NCBI GenBank assembly: GCA_021613535.1
Contig: CP075492.1
Coordinates: forward strand, 7,130,001-7,194,000
Direction: 5' to 3'
Origin: Adineta vaga
Taxonomy: Eukaryota > Animalia > Rotifera
Length of the DNA: 64,000 bases
Shown here: in pieces, positions 23,481 through 35,650 of the stretch
Layout: every line of letters begins with the position of its first letter
Numbering within the stretch: position 1 is the first letter of the stretch
Position numbers and translations under genes: made by a program
The notes under the pieces: model-generated
The model's input: only the letters and a program-made list of their open reading frames with translations
What the model was told of the DNA's origin: nothing
The model's database searches: none

Positions 23481-24281
23481 ATGAATATCTCACAATGGTT
23501 TATTACACCCGAAGAACTTTGTCAAATAAAGAATCTCTATTTATTAAATATATCATCGAATATTATGAATGATTTTGAAACAGATGAAATGTATAACTAT
23601 TGGAAATATCGTCAATTTGAAGACATACGAAAGATTCTTCTAACTAAATATCAAATAACACAGAATACATTTGTTGTTTTGTATACAAAAGAAAAACTTA
23701 TGATGGCAGCACGATTTGCTTGGTTGTTATATTGGATTGGATGTCGTCAAATTCGAATACTTATTGGAAAAATCGATCCTTGTTTATATATTAATAATCC
23801 ATGTCGATTGTCAACACTTCCCAATGTTCCATTACGACCAAATGTTCGAATGATATGTAGTGAATTGTTATCTGAATTTCATTGTTTAACAACGGAATTT
23901 ATAGATGTTCGAACATCCAGAGAATATTATGGAGAAATCACAGGTTATTCATATATTCATCGAGCTGGTCGTATACCGAATTTTCAATATGATTTACTTG
24001 ATGGTATATATGGAGAAATTAGAGGAGATATTACGTGGAATGAATTAGAAACATATTTAAATATGATGTTAATTACAAATCGATGTCGAAAAACGACGAA
24101 ACGAATTGTCTATATGTGTGGAACTGGATGGAGAGCAAGTTTATCAGCAATATTTGCTTTAGAATTAAAACTAGCAGAAACTATTACTGTTCTTGATTCT
24201 GGATGGTTCGAATGGTCTGAAGAATTCATGACTAATTCTTCTCTTTATGAAATCAATTCGATGAATATGTACGTAAAATAA
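23481..24281 (+). CDS. Rhodanese-family sulfurtransferase, bacterial YnjE-like (HGT candidate)
   Basis: Intronless 266 aa ORF. Motifs AARFAWLL..IG..IRIL.G, DVRT..EY.G..TGYSYI.RAGRIP, active-site loop CGTGWRAS and C-terminal DSGWFEW. CGTGWR and GYSYI are YnjE-subfamily hallmarks. Confidence 0.85.
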   Translation: MNISQWFITPEELCQIKNLYLLNISSNIMNDFETDEMYNYWKYRQFEDIRKILLTKYQITQNTFVVLYTKEKLMMAARFAWLLYWIGCRQIRILIGKIDPCLYINNPCRLSTLPNVPLRPNVRMICSELLSEFHCLTTEFIDVRTSREYYGEITGYSYIHRAGRIPNFQYDLLDGIYGEIRGDITWNELETYLNMMLITNRCRKTTKRIVYMCGTGWRASLSAIFALELKLAETITVLDSGWFEWSEEFMTNSSLYEINSMNMYVK

Positions 24282-26679
24282 GTTTGTTAAGTATAGAAAA
24301 GTGGAGAGAAAGATTTCATTCGAAAGATGATTTTTTAATTAAATAATTTTCTTTGACCTTCTTGCTTATATCCAAATACATGAAAGGCCGCTCCTCCTAT
24401 TCGATATGCTACTATTCCTAACGCATCAAATCAAATGAGAATAAGTCGTTATATATACAATTACTGATTTGTTCATTTACCGAGAAGGTCAACTCAGCAT
24501 CGCTTAAATGTTCTTCCGTATAATCACCATCACTGTGACCTAATAAAGAAGATAATTTAAACAATGTTATCATACGAGACATGCCTAATGGCAGTTGACA
24601 AGCAATCAAAACATCAATACCACGTGGAATATTGTTCTATTTTTTTCTAATTTCTTTACGAGGACAAACAAATATCGAATTGAAACCAGAAGAAAAACTA
24701 ATGAGAATCTAATAATCATTACATTAAACCTTAAAATTGCACTCATTTCTAAAACATTGAGAAACTTAATCATATGCTGTTTTGTTTGCGAATCAATATT
24801 CGATTGCTCTTGGAGAGAGATCTTGTTTTCTGATAGAAAGAAGCAAAGCAACTTTTTCGATGGAGTTTTTTCGTTTTTGAATCGTACTAGAATTTTTCTT
24901 TTACAGATAATTAACCATTGAATGAAATAGTAATTGAATTTATTTGAAAAATTGTTTTTTTATTTTTTCGATTCGAAAGAAGTAATTAATATTTTAGAGA
25001 TACAAAATATTTTTTTTCTAATAATAAAATTGCCGTGAGAAATGACTTGTCACATGATATTATTTGAAAATATGTCAAGTCATCATATGCACAATCATGC
25101 ATATTTACTTCGAAAGGTTTTTCTACCCGTTCTATATTTAAATGTCTAATCATCACGTTATCTTTCATCATACAACTAAAGAATACAATCATTACAGTCC
25201 AAAAAAAATTTTCGATCAAGGATATCGATAAAATAAAGCCCAGTACGTATCATCTATTTGTCCAAATATAATCATATATGTACGTCAAAAATGATATTTT
25301 ATGTAATTTATCATCCTGTTATATATGCGGTTGGATTTGAAAGAAAAGAAAATATGTATGACGTGATCAGTCGCAATAGGAATATATGATATTTGAAAAA
25401 AAAAGAAAAAGAAGAAGTGATTCATTTTATCTATTCTGACAGACTATTTCTACTACCTAAAATAATAAACATGTGTTGACATATTTCGCCTTGATAACTA
25501 TGATAGTATCAGTCGATCAATTGGATATAAAGTCATCGTCGCCGTCGTCGTCGTCTATCAACAACAGAATCATATGTTGATGTGTATTCATTGAGCTTCT
25601 GTTACATTCTCTTAGACAACATCAATGAGGAAATCGGATAATCATAAATAAATAGAACAAAATGCACGAACTAGATTTCCGTTGCTGTTTTGATTATTAA
25701 AAAAACTTAACCCACATAAAAGTATGTGAAATAAAAGCATGCATGAATGTCAAGCGTCTTTTGTTTTCATAACGCAATTGCTTCTCTGCCTATGACAAAG
25801 AAGAAGCAAAATGAGCGTGCGATTGTTCGCGAAAATTTTCTAGTGTAGATGTCGATTATTTGATTTTCAAACAGCCTAATGTATTTCATTTTTCACCAAA
25901 GGATATACTTCTCCTTCTTACTGTTTCTTTTTCTCTTTGTCTCTCTCCTCTGGTGTGATGAGTGGGCACTCATTCAATATTTTTCTTCACTTTTTCCATT
26001 CAATTTCAACACGCGCAAAAAAAACTGAAAAGTTCGCCAAAGGTGCTAAAACTTTTCTCTCCAGACATACTCCATACTGTCCTCCTGACAACAATAAACA
26101 TACAGTGTCAAACAAAAAAAAGTTTTCTTTTTTATACAATTTATTATTTATCAGTGCACACACTGTTTGGATGTGAAACGCAGCACGCGTCTCACTGTGC
26201 AACAAAACCAAACATACACACACACATACATATGTGCGTAAATTTCTGAGAAAGAACAAGTTTAAATAAACTCAAATAATTTCCCATTATTTTTCGCACA
26301 CATAAAGATTTGTACAAGAAAAAAAAACAAACAAGAAAACTTCGTATTGCAGTCGATAGTACAATATGTACTATTTGTACATACCACTTTTAAGTGAAAC
26401 AAAACAAACAAAAAAAAATATCTCACAAAGAAAACTGTTACATTGTATTTAGTACTAATAAAAAAATAAAGGTATTCTTTATACAATCGATTAGTTAAAA
26501 GTTCTTGCATTTAACTGAGATTTTTCAATTAAAGTAAGATGTACAATTTTCATTAGTGCACAAACAAAAGTGCACGTCATTTGCATAGAAACAAACAAGA
26601 AAAGAAAGAAAGAAAACGAAGAGAAATCATTGAACTGAGACATAACGGACGGAAGAATAAAGTCAAATATTTAGGTATA

Positions 26680-27959
26680 TTACAAAGAATTTCCTCTCGA
26701 TGATGAACTTGTGGATTTTAACGAGGAAGAATTATGTCCAGGACGTCGACGAGGTACTAATGCTAAACATAAATCTCTCGAAGATGGAGATTTCAACCAT
26801 TCAGAATTCAGACACTGATCCAATGTCGGTCTTTCAGATGAACGTATCGATAAACATTGTTCAATTAGTTGAATACAATCTATTCAATAAAGGAAAAAAC
26901 AACATAGACAAGCTGATACAATTTCGTTAAATATCATTTCTCTTATTTCCTCTCTACGTAGTTGTCTTCAAGCTGTTACTTATTTGTACTTTATGATTTC
27001 ATACCTGAAGATAGATGAGCTGGAAATTGAGGTTGACATTTAATAATAGATAATTCGTCAACGAAAGGTACATCACCACATACTAAATCGTATAATAATA
27101 TTCCCAATGACCAAACTGTTTGTGGTCCACCGAAATATCGACGACATGTCACCCATTCGGGTGGTGCGTAACAGGCTGTACCTTCGAATTCAGTATAGAT
27201 TCCTTCATGAAACATCGCTCCTGAACCGAAATCAATTAGGAAGATTTGTCCCGTCCGTGTATTCACAAGAAAATTTTCATCTTTTATATCTCGATGAAGT
27301 ACCTAGAAGAGATTGATTTTAAATTAGAAAAGAAAATCTTTTCGAAGAATAGATTCACTTACTCCACATTGATGAATATCTTTGAGAATTTGAATAATTT
27401 GTTTGAAAAAATCACGTGCTAATCGTTCATCTAAACCATTTGGACGTGCACAAATAAAGTCATATAAATCACAACAATGTTCAGGTCTTTCAAGAACAAT
27501 AACAAGTTGATCATTATGAACGAAATAATCAAGCATATGTATAACATTTTTAACTTTAGCTACACGCCGTAATAAAAAAACTTCAAGTGGTAATTTTCCA
27601 TCAGGCTAAAAGATTTCAAAGAAAATTATTTTTCGAAACCATGTAAATTTCGTTTTTGTTCGCTTACAGTATTAACTTCACGCATTCGTTTCTTAGGAAC
27701 AACTTTAAGGGCAACTGGCATACCATCTTTTTTCCGTATACCAGCATAAACTGCACCAAAACCACCTGAAGCAAGTTTATGTGCTATTAAATATCGAGCA
27801 CGCAGTGGATCAACAACAGCTGAAATGTGAGAAAATTTCATTTAGATTAAAATAAATAATGTCTATTAAATACGTACAAGAATTGCTTTTATTCATCGAT
27901 TGTCGTTGATGATGAATTGTATTTGTAGGTTGTGACGGAGTTAAAACAAGTGTACTCAT
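26680..27959 (-). CDS. pim: Pim-family serine/threonine kinase
   Basis: Five exons. ASGGFGAVY, PVALK, the Pim-specific hinge LERPE, HRDIKDEN, LIDFGSGA, YAPPEW and TVWSLGILLYDLVCGDVPF. Confidence 0.93.
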
Positions 27960-28945
27960 AATGAGAAAAATATATATCTATTTGTATGTATTTGAAAATG
28001 CTTATATCTATAATAAAAAAATGTGTGTGAATAATTATAAGAAGTATGGGAAAAGAGAAAAAATGTTTTGTTATATTATGGGATATTCTCATCGAACGGG
28101 AGAATAAAAAGAAGAAGAAAATAGAGGACGATATCTTTATCCAACAAAAATATAATGCTGCTTCTGTGTATTGCTTACCAAACGACACGGCCTCTATACT
28201 ACCGTTCAATAGAAAAAAAAAGAAAGAGAGTGTGTCTATGAATGAGTTGTGTATGTATGCATGTATGTATGTATGGATGTTGTATGTGCAGTGAAGAGAA
28301 AAAAGAAGAACAGACGACGTCAATGCATCATGTGAGGAAACGATGGAGGGCACGCTGGATTGGCAAAAAGCCAGGACAAACGGATGAATGAAACTAGCGC
28401 ATGAAGGCGCGCTCCTTTCTTTTTCTTTCTCTTTTTCTCTCATTCTCATTTTGGCTCGTAATCAAGAGAGAGAGAGAAAGAGAAAGAGAGAGAGGCTATG
28501 TTCTTTTTCTTTTGTTCTATACGAATGTATATGTTCGGACGACTTTGTCAAATCGGAAGATACATGGGCAAACAAATAGTTTAATTAAAACAAAAAGAAA
28601 AGACAACGATATGAGAGCAAATATCATTGCCATCATTAAACTAATGCGACTGTTGAGACTAAATAAATAAATAAATTGACAAGTAAAGAAATCTTCTTCA
28701 AAGATGGGTGTGTTCTATTGAAGAAACGTACCTACTGTTTGAAATAAAAGACGTTAACGTTCAAATAAAATAGACAAAGAACTGTCTGCTATATTATAGA
28801 CAGATACATGAATACATCATTCGATGAAGAGAAATGAATGATAGAAATGGATAATAATCATGTTGTTTTGATAGATTTATATAGAAAGAGAAGGTGATGA
28901 TTGTATGAAGCGAGAAATAGAAAATCGCCGAAGAAAAATTTCAAT

Positions 28946-28955
28946 GGGAATTTCC
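28946..28955. promoter_or_regulatory. Consensus kappaB site GGGAATTTCC ~1 kb upstream of the Pim ATG
   Basis: Exact match to GGGRNWYYCC. Function is untested. Confidence 0.3.
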
Positions 28956-31900
28956 AACTCTTTGAGAAATACATAAATCGACTCCCATAAGAATTCATAC
29001 CTTTCGCATATGTGGATGGCATTTCTCTTCCTTCTCACTAAACAATCGAACGTGCTGAAATGAAAGCTATGACGCAAAAAACATTCTTTTAATAACAATG
29101 AAGAAAAAACAACGACCTATTTTCAAACTCGTGTCCTGAAAAAAAACGAGCATATTCTATAAATATCCGACTGTAGATACACGTCTTATCAGTATTATTT
29201 TTTTTGTTCCTTGCAAGTTAATCGTTGGAAGAGAAAAAATAATATATAAAATAAGAACGTTTATGTTGATATTGTCTATATTTACTTAACTGCATCGTTT
29301 CATTTTCTCTCTCTCTCCCTCACTCCCTGTCGCGTACATTCTATTGCAAGTAAATTATTAAAAAAAGGAAAAAAAACGGAAACGGACATGTATGATATTG
29401 ATTTTTTTCTACGATAGACATTTGTGACATTTTTTAATAACTGTTTTGTATCGTGTTGTACACCTTGACTTGATTGTTACCTATGTAAATGAATAATCAG
29501 AATGATAGGAGAAAAACGAATGAAAATATGACAACGAGAAAAAAAATGAAGAATGTCATGGAAAGCAAATAACAGATCATTTTCCTATCAAGATGGTTCG
29601 CTAATAAAATCAATGTTGCATTTTTATCCATCATCAGTCTGAGCCATTACAGGTGGGGGGAAGCACATGTTTATACCTTTGACGTCCTTTACAGATATAA
29701 CATACATATATATTGCTTTCTTTTTCTTTTCATTCTTTCTATTTCCTGTTGTTGCGAAATCATGAGTCAAAACATATACGTATGTTATTTTATCAGAGAA
29801 GTGATAGATCGAATTATTTTCACATCATCTTTATTTATGATTCGTGCTTCGAAAGTACATTTATTACTAACATAATCGAGTCACATTAGAAAGTGTAGAA
29901 TAATAGAGAAATATATTAGAACTGCATAAATTTTTTTATTGAGATACAATATGATGCCCAGAAAAAAAAGAAAATGGCCTTTATATCTCAAATCATACGC
30001 AATTTGTTTAGAACTGATAAAATAGAGTACGATATAACTAACCTTGAAAAACTAATGAAGACATCAACAGATATGCGTAGTTAGGTTTTTTCCTCTCTAT
30101 AACCAAAATCAAGAACAAATCGAATGAAAAATAATCTCGAACTATTTGATACTCTCAATTTCATGTACCTGATCGAATGTTGTCTTTAATTTGATACTTC
30201 ATGTGAACGGAAGTCTAATGTCGTCTTTCTCATCTGACATTAACATATCTTTCTACATAGAAAACTATCTGGACTACTTTTTTCTCTTCCTATATTCTCA
30301 CATTCACAGACGATTAACACCTATTTGTCAATGACGATTAAACAATAACACTGTCTGATTCGCAATCGTTTCTAGAAAAATAAAACAGATGTATATACAT
30401 ATAAACATTTTATGTTTAATCGGATGACTTTGATCGTACTCAATTGACTTAAAACAAATGTGCAAAATCACAAAACAATATTTCAGATGAAAATCATATG
30501 AGATATTGTCCTAGAATCCAACGAGCATGACTGTTCTTATTTATGGAGATACTCCTTTTTTTTTATCAATGTACTTGTTTAAATAAGAAGAAAAAAAAGA
30601 AATATTTATTTTTAAACTCATCTGATTACCTTAAAGAGATTTTTTTGAATAATTATAGGCGAAAACAAAATATTTCTTTAACATGCAATATGTAACTTAA
30701 GTAATAAAGTGTATGATTTTTCTCGCTAATGATTTTTCGAAAGAAATTGCAAGATTTTATGGAGAGTTCTGAAGTTTTTATCACTGCATTCATGTGTCAT
30801 GTTAGATAATATTGAGTAAATACTTACATGATAAAAATAATAATCTTTCAATGAAATTTTGATTTGGAAGATATAGAGATAGTATAGTACCCAATATATA
30901 AAGCTATTTTTAACAAGATAATGAAAAAGGATATCGATTCGATTTTCATTTCTTTCTTGATTGCTTTGAATTCGATCGGATGACGTAACTGAGAACTCAA
31001 ATTTCCTTCTTAAATTTAATGTACAATGTAATTTGTCATATAAGAATTCGTAAGCAAATGTATCTAGAGGTATAATCGGAACAAAGAAAAAAAACTTTTC
31101 TACATACTTTGATTCGTTTGTCTTGCATTGTAGACTGAAATTGATCGACTGTTTTATACTTTCAATGAAATATTCAAAACAGTCCACTCGACATGTCAAT
31201 AGAAATTTTAAAGTAATAGTCTCATTCGATAAAACGTTACTCAATGATAGATTTCACGCTTTTTGATTTCATTCGAAAATTAAGTGGACAACGAATGAAT
31301 CTACTATGCATAAATTATGCATTTTAATTGTGTTAAAGCTTTGTTCTATACTTCAGAATTGTGAATATTTCTATTAGTATTGAGTAAAAATTTCAATATA
31401 AAAAAAAAGAAAGAAGAAAGATTTTCTTATGAATATGCAATGAGAAAAAGGAAGTAGTAAACTATTATATACGTTAACAATGAGAAAAATCAAAAATAGA
31501 TTAGACTCTCTTTTTTCGCCGAAAAAAAAACGTGTACTATACGAACTTTTACTTACTACAATAGAGTCTTCCCATTCTAATGTAAATGTTCTTTTTATTA
31601 TATACCGATGAGATGCATGTAATTCCGAATAACAGTGATATAAAAATATTCTGTATCTGCTTACAGAAGGTTCAAGTTCATTTATTCAACAGAAAGATAA
31701 ATCAGTCTGAAAAAGAAACTAAACTTGTTGATCTCTTTCTCTTCTCTACGGAATACTATGCATCACATGTGAGCATATATTTCCCACAGTGAAGAACGCA
31801 ATAAGAAGACTTTATTAAAGATAAATTTAGCTTTGATTTATTTAATAATAGGCTATTCATTTCATATAATAGAAAGCATTCATTTTTAAATAATGTTGGA

Positions 31901-32574
31901 AGAATTCGAGGGGTGAATCGGTAGAATAACATGAATGTTCTAAAGTTTTTACCGGATGATCGTTGTTGTTTCTATTCTGTAAGATTTGATGAAGTTACAT
32001 GTCATCTAATTGAGACATTGAAAATAACAGACTATTTTGTATCACGCAGATCAGCATTTTATTATGTTACATAAGTTCAGTTTCTTTATGAACTATTTTT
32101 CAATAGAAGAGTATGAATGTAGAACTGTTATTCCTAAAAATATACATTTATATATATCCTATCCGTCACAGATTGTTGACATGTTAAGAGATCACTCCTC
32201 TCCCCAAAAACCCAATTCTTCGAAAAAGAAAGATGCACAGAAATCTTCTCTTTCGAATTATATGTAGCTTTTTTTGTCAAACAGCTAGATTTTACAACAT
32301 TTCTTGGGAAAAACTTGGATTCGACTAGCATAGTTTCTGGAAAATTTTCAGTTTCCAAAGACTATTAGATAAATCAATTACATATAAGTTACTACAGTTT
32401 TATTGATAGTCAGTATAGGAATTACCTATTTAAACTTTACCCTGAACATTGGATTGAAATAACTTTCACACAGGTCAAGATATACTCAATAGTCTTTTTT
32501 ATTTTGAAGGTTTGAATAAGAGTAAAGTTTTGTTTGAAAAGATTTTTTACAATTGATTCCTAGTTTGAGAAAAG

Positions 32575-32860
32575 TGAAATTTATTGTTGTCGCTAGATGA
32601 CCGTTTTTCGTGCTGATTTTAAGATATGTCTATTGAGATATTCATAAAAAATGAACAATACAGAATTTAAAAATTTTGTTCACGTAAAAGTTGTGTACTG
32701 TCATTAGCCTTAATTTGAATCCATACCGAACTTTGTACCATCCCTGTGATCGAGCTGATATTTTTACTAGAAGCGTATCTCATTAGGTTTATCTATCTCT
32801 GTAAATTTCAGCCCAACTGGACCATTCTAAGTTCTGATGGATAGGGAGCCTTTACATTTC
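32575..32860. mobile_element. Possible degenerate DNA-transposon remnant
   Basis: Locally GC-richer stretch with words (cgtttttcgtgctgatt, aaatttcagcccaa) resembling non-autonomous DNA TE internal motifs. No TIRs were resolved. Confidence 0.3.
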
Positions 32861-33102
32861 TGCTTATTTCAAGTTATATTCTATGTAGTTGGATAAATTT
32901 AATTTTTAAACGAATAACAATAATTGTATATTTATTGATAAATATTCACTGTTTAAATGTATACATCAAAAAATACTCACAACTAGATTTTATGTTCGAT
33001 TAAACAACAAGAATAAGAACAACAACAAAAATAAATGGCATACAAATCTACAACAATGAAAAATAAATAGAATAGATATTTTTTTGATTTCATTATCGTT
33101 TT

Positions 33103-35024
33103 TCATTCGGTAGGTTTTTCAGTTTGAATTTCAGCTTTTAATCTATCGGTTAAATCATCTATATTATTTTCATTTAAACCAGCGCCTTGACTAACATCTC
33201 GTGATGCAAGTGGAGTATTTAAAACATGTTGATATTCATCAGTATTAACTCTTGCCCATGGTTGTAATTCACCGGAAGCAAATGACGTATAAAACATCAG
33301 AACGAATATACAAATTAATATTGAGACAATAAAAATAATATCCCATTCACGTTTGATCTAGAGAAAATTTTCAATCTCAATTAGATTTGTTTGAAAATAA
33401 ATCAAACTTACATGAGTATCTTCAACAACATAACCGGTTAAAATTGGTACTAAAAATCCAGGTATTGATCCAACACAATTTGATAAACCCATTAGAACTC
33501 CTGCATAATGTGCTCCAATATCCAAATGATTAACACCAAATCCTGCCCATGCTGGACCACAACTACCAATAGCAATAATAATACCTATGATAATCAATGC
33601 ACGATGATTGGCATTCAATAGCGTAACCATAAGTAAAGCCAACGATATGACAATAAAAGCTAAATGAAATCAATAAGAATTAATTCGATATGATGTTTTT
33701 TTGTTAATTTACATATTGACATAATTAATTTTCGAACATATCCTGTCGAATGGTGTTGAGTCAAACGATCTGAAATAATTCCAGTTACATAGACTAAAAT
33801 AGCTAATGGTAACCAAGGAATAGCTGCAAGTACGCCAGCCTAGAAAAAGAAGAATGCGATACAAAAAGACAAGAAATGAATATTAAGAAATGTAACCTGA
33901 TCAACTCGATAACCAAGTGTTCGAGAAAGAAATATTGGTAATTCAGTAAACATTACATAGATACACCAATTGGTGCCGAAATGTGCTGCAATAATCGCCC
34001 AGACAGGAGGTGATGTTAAAATTTCTTTCCATGGAATAGAATAATTCTGTGAAATCGAAAATTAATTGAAAAATTACTGAAGAAAAAAAATCGATTGATT
34101 TACTCGTGATACAGGATGAACTAAATTTGCTTCGATATACGCTGCTTCTTCTTCTGATATAGTCGGATGTGTTGAAGGAGATTCAGCGGAGAAATAAAAC
34201 CAACAAAATGTCCATATTAAAGCCGAAAATCCTAAATAATCGAAGGAAATTTTCATTCTCAATCAGTTCATTGATTTCTTTCTTTACCAGATAAATAAAA
34301 TATCCATTGCCATGCCCAATGAGCAGCAACAAAACCACCCAAAAACATCGTTGCAAATGTACCAAAATAACTACCTATAGAAATACATAGAAAATGTTAT
34401 CTATCTCATTAAAACATACCCGAAAAGGCAATTGTTGCTAATTTTGATTTATCATCTTTTGGTGCCCATTTGGACCAGATAAAATGAAGTGATGGATAGA
34501 TAAAACCCTTGAAAGAAAGTGATCAAACAAAGAAAAAAATTGTCTTTCAAAACAACTTACGGAAGCAAAACCTTCAAGAATTCGAAGAATAATCAACGCC
34601 GTCGGTCCCATATGAGCACATAATGGTGTAAATAATGTTAAAAATGCACATAAACCTACACTAGTACCAAATAGAAATCGTCCTCCTAATGTTGTTGCTA
34701 AAAAGCCAGCTGGTATTTGAGTCGCTGCATAACTATAGAAGAATGACGAAAGGATATAACCTTGCGTCTTTGTACTCCAACTATAACCAACCTTTAATAA
34801 TAAATGCAAAAATAAAAATTGTTATTTTTCGAATCTAAATTCTTATTTACCGGTTGTATTATAGATATATTATGTGACGAGATATGAATGGTCGGCTTTA
34901 CCATGGATATAATCGCTATTGATAAATTTGATCGTAACATAAATGCATTAAAAAAGCCAAAAAATGCCAATAAACCCAAAACATAACGTTTAGGGATTTT
35001 TTTATGCATTTCAAATGTACTCAT
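33103..35024 (-). CDS. SLC17 family (sialin-like) MFS anion transporter
   Basis: Multi-exon. PKRYVL..LRSNLSIAI, QGYILSSFFYSY..TQIPAG, WSKWAP..KSKL, ESPSTHPTISEEE..YI, NHLDIGAHYAGVLMGLSN and FASGELQPWA. Confidence 0.92.
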
Positions 35025-35650
35025 TCTTGTTTATTCTCTCGTCAATCTTAAGTATGAAAATAAAATATAAATCATCGATTCTTATTGATAAATAACTCTG
35101 AATGGAAGAAAAAAAATAGTCTACTTCTATGATACAAGTAACAGCGCAATCGTAAAATCACACTGTCGCACACTATGCACGCGTTAATGACAAAATTATA
35201 TTTTTTTTCTGTGTCTCTAACACATTTTCCGTTCTTTCTCATTTTTTTTTTCTCTCGGCAAAAAAATACAATAGTATGAGAACCGACGCTCTACTTGGAA
35301 GTCGACAACTAAGCATTATGTCTATGTGTCTGCTAGAACAAAATTCTAGTTCTATTCAGAACATCTACTGTTTTTCTTTTTTTCTTCTCTTCAGAATTCT
35401 TGCTCTTCTTCTTAGCCGATCGTATCAAAAGAAAAAAAGAGAACAACATCATTGAATGTGCATCTCTCTCCTTCATCTGTTCAATATCAATTGATTCTTA
35501 TAGCACTATCATTGTATTTTGCATAATTTTATTTCGATACATGTAAAAAGAAAACAATAAAAACGTTTTATGCAAATATTCTTTCAACATATTTGACATG
35601 TATACATTGATGAGTTACTTGTGGAAATGAACTAAAAGAACATGAAAATA

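Noticed and set aside
24340-24900. Possible decayed membrane-transporter exons on the minus strand (ORFs 24418-24609 and 24606-24851)
   Set aside because: There are some splice-like sites and hydrophobic stretches, but no consistent frame or recognisable motif, so it is not supportable.
27889-28670. Overlapping ORFs upstream of Pim
   Set aside because: They are produced by GA/ATGT microsatellites and low-complexity UTR or promoter sequence.
30726-31244. 172 aa minus-strand ORF
   Set aside because: Non-ATG start, F/I/K/Y-biased composition typical of AT-rich non-coding DNA, and no motif.
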